Virus record (IMG/VR): IMGVR_UViG_3300032307_000652
Location: 30,877 to 94,876 of that record
DNA from: a virus
Strand: one strand, 5' to 3'
DNA: 64,000 nucleotides
Below, piece by piece: positions 59,435 through 64,000 of the stretch (its first letter is position 1; each line of letters begins with the position of its first letter). Below the pieces are notes generated by a model. That model did not search any database. It was not told the DNA's origin and saw only the letters and a program-made list of their open reading frames with translations. The position numbers were made by a program, and so were the translations under genes.

Positions 59435-60679
59435 ATGAAAATTTTTATACAAGTTGCGTCTTATAGAGACCCACAGTTAATCCCAACTATAAAATCTGCA
59501 TTAGAAAATGCTAAACGACCTGAAAACTTAGTTTTCGGTATTGCTCGTCAGTATCATCGCGATGATAATTTTGATAATTTAGATGAATATAGAGATGATG
59601 AAAGATTTAGAATAATTGATATTCCTTATTATGAATCTAGAGGAGCATGTTGGGCGAGAAATCAAATACAACAATTGTACGATAAAGAAAATTACACCCT
59701 CCAAATTGACTCACATATGAGGTTTGCCCAAGATTGGGATGATGAGATGATTAGGATGATTAAACAACTTCAAAAGAAAGGATATAAGAAACCTTTATTA
59801 ACAGGATATGTTTCATCATTTGACCCTGACAATGACCCAAGTTTACGTGTGAATGAACCATGGAGAATGGCGTTTGATAGATTTATTCCTGAAGGTGCTG
59901 TTTTCTTTTTACCTGAGACAATTCCTGGTTGGCAAAATCTAACTGAACCTGTTACCGCAAGATTTTATTCCGCTCACTTCTGTTTTACTCTTGGTAAGTT
60001 CGCTAAAGAAGTTCAACACGACCCTGAGTTTTATTTTCACGGAGAAGAGATTTCAATTGCCGCAAGAGCTTACACTCACGGATATGATTTATTCCACCCA
60101 CACAAAGTTTTGATTTGGCATGAATATACTCGCAAAGGTAGAACCAAACAATGGGACGACGATAAACAATGGGTGGATAAGAATAATTTTGCTCACAAGA
60201 AAAATCGTTCTCTATTTGGTATGGATGGTGAGGAAAATATGAATCACGGAAAATATGGTTTTGGTAAAGTTAGAAGTTTAAGAGATTATGAAAAATATTC
60301 AGGACTACTCTTTTCAAAGAGAGCCGTTCAACAATATACATTAGATAAAGGTTATCCACCTAATCCAAATAACTTCAATTCAGAAGAAGAATGGTTAAAA
60401 TCATTTACGTCAGTATTCAAACATTGTATTGATATTGGATTTACTCAAGTTCCTGAAAAGGATTATGACTTTTGGGTTGTTGCGTTCCACAATGAAATGG
60501 ATGAGACCATTTACAGACAAGACGCTGATAAAGGTGAGGTTGATAGAATGTTAAGAGACCCTGATGGTTATTGTAAAGTTTGGAGAGAGTTCTTAACTGA
60601 TTCAAAACCTAAATATTGGGTGGTTTGGCCTCACTCAGAATCTAAAGGATGGTGTGATAGAATAACAGGAAATTTATAA
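59435..60679 (+). CDS. GT60-like polypeptide alpha-GlcNAc transferase (Skp1-GlcNAcT-like)
   Basis: IFIQVASYRDP, LVFGI, GACWAR, LQIDSHMRF..DWD, FHGEEI..AARAYTHGYDLFHP. Confidence 0.8.
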   Translation: MKIFIQVASYRDPQLIPTIKSALENAKRPENLVFGIARQYHRDDNFDNLDEYRDDERFRIIDIPYYESRGACWARNQIQQLYDKENYTLQIDSHMRFAQDWDDEMIRMIKQLQKKGYKKPLLTGYVSSFDPDNDPSLRVNEPWRMAFDRFIPEGAVFFLPETIPGWQNLTEPVTARFYSAHFCFTLGKFAKEVQHDPEFYFHGEEISIAARAYTHGYDLFHPHKVLIWHEYTRKGRTKQWDDDKQWVDKNNFAHKKNRSLFGMDGEENMNHGKYGFGKVRSLRDYEKYSGLLFSKRAVQQYTLDKGYPPNPNNFNSEEEWLKSFTSVFKHCIDIGFTQVPEKDYDFWVVAFHNEMDETIYRQDADKGEVDRMLRDPDGYCKVWREFLTDSKPKYWVVWPHSESKGWCDRITGNL

Positions 60680-60682
60680 TAT

Positions 60683-61393
60683 ATGAAATTTACATTTGCT
60701 ACTTTTTGTTTTGGTGAAAGATATTATAACCAAGTTAATAGATTTATTGGTGATATTATAGAATCAGATTATAAAACAAATTTGGTTGTTATCACCGATG
60801 ACCCAAGTAAGATTAACAATCAAGAATTCGTCCATGTTTTTAACATTAATGATTTTAATCCGAATTATTTGGAATATGCTAAAAACTACTACGATTTTGA
60901 TTTTTCAGTTAAGAGATATTCTTTAAGAGCAGCTTTAAGTATTGGTTTTACTAAAATCATTTTAGTTGATTGTGATATGAGAGTTAACCCATCTTTCTTT
61001 AATGAAGAAAAGATTTTGGGGGCGTTTGATGAAAATTGTTTATCAGGGCCAGTAACTTATAATTTTCACGAACAAGTTCATACTAATAGTGAATTAGGTA
61101 GACGATTACTTGAGTATGAAAAGTATTTCAATCATGAGGTTGATAAAGATAAGTTGGAGGTTATGCCTGAAGATTGTATCCAATACTTGAGTATTGATGA
61201 AGATAAGTTTAATAGTTTTTTAGATACTTGGGACAAATGTATTGAATATAAAAAAGAAAAAGGTTTAAGAAACATACCTGCTGGTAACATTGATGAGATG
61301 TGTTTTTCAGCATTATCTAATGGAATAGAAATAAAAAATAATGCTTATAAGGCATCAAACATAGTATATGCAGAACATGACAAATGGTACTAA
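60683..61393 (+). CDS. Putative GT-A fold glycosyltransferase
   Basis: VVITDD, K.Y.L, IILVDCD (DxD), late DE motif; GT cluster context. Confidence 0.55.
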   Translation: MKFTFATFCFGERYYNQVNRFIGDIIESDYKTNLVVITDDPSKINNQEFVHVFNINDFNPNYLEYAKNYYDFDFSVKRYSLRAALSIGFTKIILVDCDMRVNPSFFNEEKILGAFDENCLSGPVTYNFHEQVHTNSELGRRLLEYEKYFNHEVDKDKLEVMPEDCIQYLSIDEDKFNSFLDTWDKCIEYKKEKGLRNIPAGNIDEMCFSALSNGIEIKNNAYKASNIVYAEHDKWY

Positions 61394-62231
61394 AATAATT
61401 TCAGCGATTTATGAACTAAAATATGTTGAAGGGATTAACAGTGAGAGATATAAAAATTTCCCATTATTAGTTGCAACAATTAAAAATATAATTTATCCTG
61501 AATATCATTACGTAATTTATACTGACCAAAATTCGTATGATAAATTTAATTTAAAGTATGAATTTAATTTCCCAAATGTTGAATTCAAATTTAAAGAATT
61601 AAATACATCTGAAACTTGTGAATTAATTGATAGAATTAGAACTCAAGAATTATTGGGTGGGATTAATTATGATAGAATTTATTGTGTTAACAATTACTTA
61701 GAAGTTGTTTTAAATAAACTTAAATTCTTAATTGATGAGTCACATGATTGTGAAAATATCTTTTGGATTGATGCTGGTTTGATTGGAACGTCTTGTCACG
61801 ACGGATGGAGAGATTATATGGCTCCATTAATTAATTCAAAAAACTTTTTGGACAAGGTGGTTGATAAGATAAAACAACACGGGTTTATTCATTTGAAAGG
61901 CAATTCAATTGTGATGAACTATGAAACAGTTTCTAAATTCAATCAACTATTTGGTGTTGAATTAAAGGTTGTTCCTGGATGTCTATTTGGTGGAACGTCA
62001 GAAAAAGTTAGACATATTTTAGACGGATATTTAGACATTTTTAATCAATATTTAACCACACATAACCAACTTATTAGTGAACAAGAAGTTCTCACGGCTA
62101 TCACAGGTAAACATTCTGATGAATGTCATGCTTTTGAGTTTGGAGATTGGTTAGACTTACAAAAAGCGTTTTTAAATATTTTAGACATTTATGATGAGAC
62201 AAAATATGTAAGGGAGAAATGTTATGTTTAG
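61368..62231 (+). CDS. HtrL/WlaTC-like putative glycosyltransferase
   Basis: IYTD, IFWIDAG, GCLFGG, SEQEVL; start could be 61377. Confidence 0.65.
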   Translation: MQNMTNGTKIISAIYELKYVEGINSERYKNFPLLVATIKNIIYPEYHYVIYTDQNSYDKFNLKYEFNFPNVEFKFKELNTSETCELIDRIRTQELLGGINYDRIYCVNNYLEVVLNKLKFLIDESHDCENIFWIDAGLIGTSCHDGWRDYMAPLINSKNFLDKVVDKIKQHGFIHLKGNSIVMNYETVSKFNQLFGVELKVVPGCLFGGTSEKVRHILDGYLDIFNQYLTTHNQLISEQEVLTAITGKHSDECHAFEFGDWLDLQKAFLNILDIYDETKYVREKCYV

Positions 62232-62787
62232 TCTTAACATTGTTTGTACTTCAATCGGGAGAGAAACTCTACCAAGATTAATTGAGTCATTCAAAGACCA
62301 ATTAGACACAACAGATATTTTTACAATAATATCAGATATTAATCACGACTTTGTTTCAGAAGTATTATCAAGGTATGAGTTTAAATTCAAAGTTAATCAC
62401 ATATTAAATCAAGGTGAAAGAAAGTGGAAATACGGACATCCATTAATTAATGAGAACATTAATTCATTGGAAGGTGATTTTATAATGTTTGCTGATGATG
62501 ATGATAGATACACTGAAGAAGCATTCAAAGTAATTAAAGAAACTGTTAAAGATAAAAATAAATTATACATATTCAAACACAATTGGTTAGGTGATATTAA
62601 TTGGAGATTAAAAGATTTCACAAGAGGTAATGTAGGTAAATGTATGGGAGTGATTCCAAATACACATAATTTACCGATGTTCCAAGAAGATGTTTTTGGA
62701 GATGTTATTTTTTATGAAGAGATAGGTCAAATGTTTGAAAGTGAATTTGTTGATTACATAATCTATAAAGTTAGACATACGGAATGA
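62224..62787 (+). CDS. GT2-like glycosyltransferase (short)
   Basis: IVCTSIGRETLPRLIES, IISD, GDFIMFADDDD. Confidence 0.65.
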   Translation: MFSLNIVCTSIGRETLPRLIESFKDQLDTTDIFTIISDINHDFVSEVLSRYEFKFKVNHILNQGERKWKYGHPLINENINSLEGDFIMFADDDDRYTEEAFKVIKETVKDKNKLYIFKHNWLGDINWRLKDFTRGNVGKCMGVIPNTHNLPMFQEDVFGDVIFYEEIGQMFESEFVDYIIYKVRHTE

Positions 62788-64000
62788 GTAATATTACATT
62801 AGTTACAGGATTGTGGAATATTGGTAGAGAAAATCTTGAAGAAGGTTGGTCTCGTTCTTTTTCACATTATTTAGAAAAATTTGAACAACTATTAAAGGTT
62901 GAGGAAAACTTAATAATTTTTGGTGAAAAAGAATTGGAGGAATTTGTTTGGGAAAGAAGAGAACAAAGTAATACCCAATTTATTTTAAGAGATAAGAGTT
63001 GGTTTGTTGAAAATGACTTTTATAATAAGATACAACAAATTAGAAATAACCCTGAATGGTATAATCAATCAGGGTGGTTAAAAGAATCGACACAAGGTAG
63101 ATTAGAAATGTATAATCCTCTTGTTATGTCTAAAATGTTTTTGTTAAACGACGCAAGAATTTTTGATAAGTTTAATTCTGAGTTTTTATTTTGGATTGAT
63201 GCTGGACTTACAAATACTGTTCACCCCGGATATTTTACACATGATAAGGTGTTAAATAATTTAAGTAAGTATATTGATAAGTTTACATTTGTTTGTTTTC
63301 CATACGACGCAAGTAATGAGATACACGGATTTTCATACCCAAAGATTAATGAATGGGCTGAATATGATGTGAAGAAAGTTGCTCGTGGTGGATTTTTTGG
63401 AGGGCCAAAAGAAACCATATCACAGATGAATGGTGAATATTATAACCTATTGAATGATACACTATCAAGTGGGTACATGGGAACTGAGGAATCAATATTT
63501 TCAATAATGGTTTATAAGTTAAAAGAATATATAAATTATTTTGAAATCGATTATAACGGTTTATTTGGAAAATTCTTCGAAGATTTAAAAGATGATGTTT
63601 TAGTTAAAAAGACAGAGTTTGTTAAAATTCAAAATGAATTAGATATTGATAAAGTTGCGTTGTATGTCATAACATTCAATTCACCAAAACAATTTGAAAC
63701 ACTAATTAAATCTATGATTGAATATGATAGGGATTTCTTAGACAAACCAAAGAAATTTTTATTGAATAATTCAACTGACCTGTCTACAACGGAAGAATAC
63801 TTAAGACTTTGTAAAGAATATGATTTTGAACATATCAAAAAAGATAATATAGGTATTACAGGTGGACGACAATGGACTGCGGAACACTTTGATGAAACAG
63901 GGTTGGACTATATGTTATTCTTTGAGGATGATATGTTTTTTTATTCACAAAAAAATGAAGTGTGTAGAAATGGGTTTAACAGATATGTGAGTAATCTATA
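62784..64000 (+). CDS. HtrL-like plus GT2-like two-domain glycosyltransferase (partial)
   Basis: Not in the ORF track (no stop inside the window). Manual translation: MSNITLVTGLWNIGR...YNPLVMSK...FWIDAG...RGGFFGG...GTEESIF, then VALYVITFNSP...NIGITGGR...YMLFFEDD. Confidence 0.75.
   Translation, partial: MSNITLVTGLWNIGRENLEEGWSRSFSHYLEKFEQLLKVEENLIIFGEKELEEFVWERREQSNTQFILRDKSWFVENDFYNKIQQIRNNPEWYNQSGWLKESTQGRLEMYNPLVMSKMFLLNDARIFDKFNSEFLFWIDAGLTNTVHPGYFTHDKVLNNLSKYIDKFTFVCFPYDASNEIHGFSYPKINEWAEYDVKKVARGGFFGGPKETISQMNGEYYNLLNDTLSSGYMGTEESIFSIMVYKLKEYINYFEIDYNGLFGKFFEDLKDDVLVKKTEFVKIQNELDIDKVALYVITFNSPKQFETLIKSMIEYDRDFLDKPKKFLLNNSTDLSTTEEYLRLCKEYDFEHIKKDNIGITGGRQWTAEHFDETGLDYMLFFEDDMFFYSQKNEVCRNGFNRYVSNL

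Noticed and set aside
1968-60679. Eukaryotic giant-virus origin, suggested by the SMARCAL1-like ATPase, eukaryote-like RNR and GT60
   Set aside because: Contractile-tail genes, overlapping operons, intrinsic terminators and a bacterial promoter point to a bacteriophage
801-63838. Many 60-117 aa alternative-frame or antisense ORFs in the track (e.g. 801-1013, 5641-5925, 12696-13049, 30379-30708, 55523-55942, 57626-58123)
   Set aside because: They overlap well-supported long genes and show no motifs; those in repeat regions are shadows of low-complexity codons
1-64000. Stop-codon reassignment, as in some large phages
   Set aside because: Long ORFs are intact in the standard code; TGA ends several genes with ATGA coupling and TAG ends short ORFs; coding density is already high
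1-64000. tRNA or other structured RNA genes
   Set aside because: Intergenic gaps are short and AT-rich; no cloverleaf or T-loop motif was recognised by eye (tRNAscan/Infernal not run)
59435-64000. GT cluster as a DNA hypermodification system
   Set aside because: No hydroxymethylase or base-modification genes in the window, and the lead enzyme resembles protein-directed GT60; not fully excluded because the cluster continues past the window

Overview
This is a gene-dense, AT-rich 64-kb segment of a large contractile-tailed (T4-like, myovirus-type) bacteriophage genome in the standard genetic code. A Bacteroidota host is likely: there are no Shine-Dalgarno sites, a virion-region protein carries SprB-like repeats, and one promoter has a TTTG-N20-TAtaCTTG layout. 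Gene order: (1) neck gp13-like (partial), an Mn-type SOD fused to a PD-(D/E)XK-like domain, and a SNF2 helicase on the minus strand; (2) gp14/gp15-like neck and tail-completion genes, sheath, HAD phosphatase, tube, a tail-chaperone pair, tape measure and very large baseplate-hub proteins; (3) an inserted replication block (SSB, RecA/UvsX, 5'-3' exonuclease, DnaB-like helicase, class Ia RNR); (4) baseplate wedge genes; (5) a long fibre/adhesin operon with Thr-Pro and Gly-Ser-Ser repeats; (6) at least five glycosyltransferase-like genes led by a GT60-like polypeptide O-GlcNAc transferase. The best candidate for an undescribed system is phage-encoded, mucin-type O-glycosylation of the virion: the GT cluster, adjacent mucin- and collagen-like acceptors, and a pervasive [S/T]-[G/A]-x-T motif in structural proteins. 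Other signals are a strand-specific TATTTAT late-promoter-like motif, a probable chaperone frameshift, three short genes missing from the ORF track, and a possibly packaged SOD-nuclease polyprotein. All product calls come from motif recognition by eye; no searches were run.
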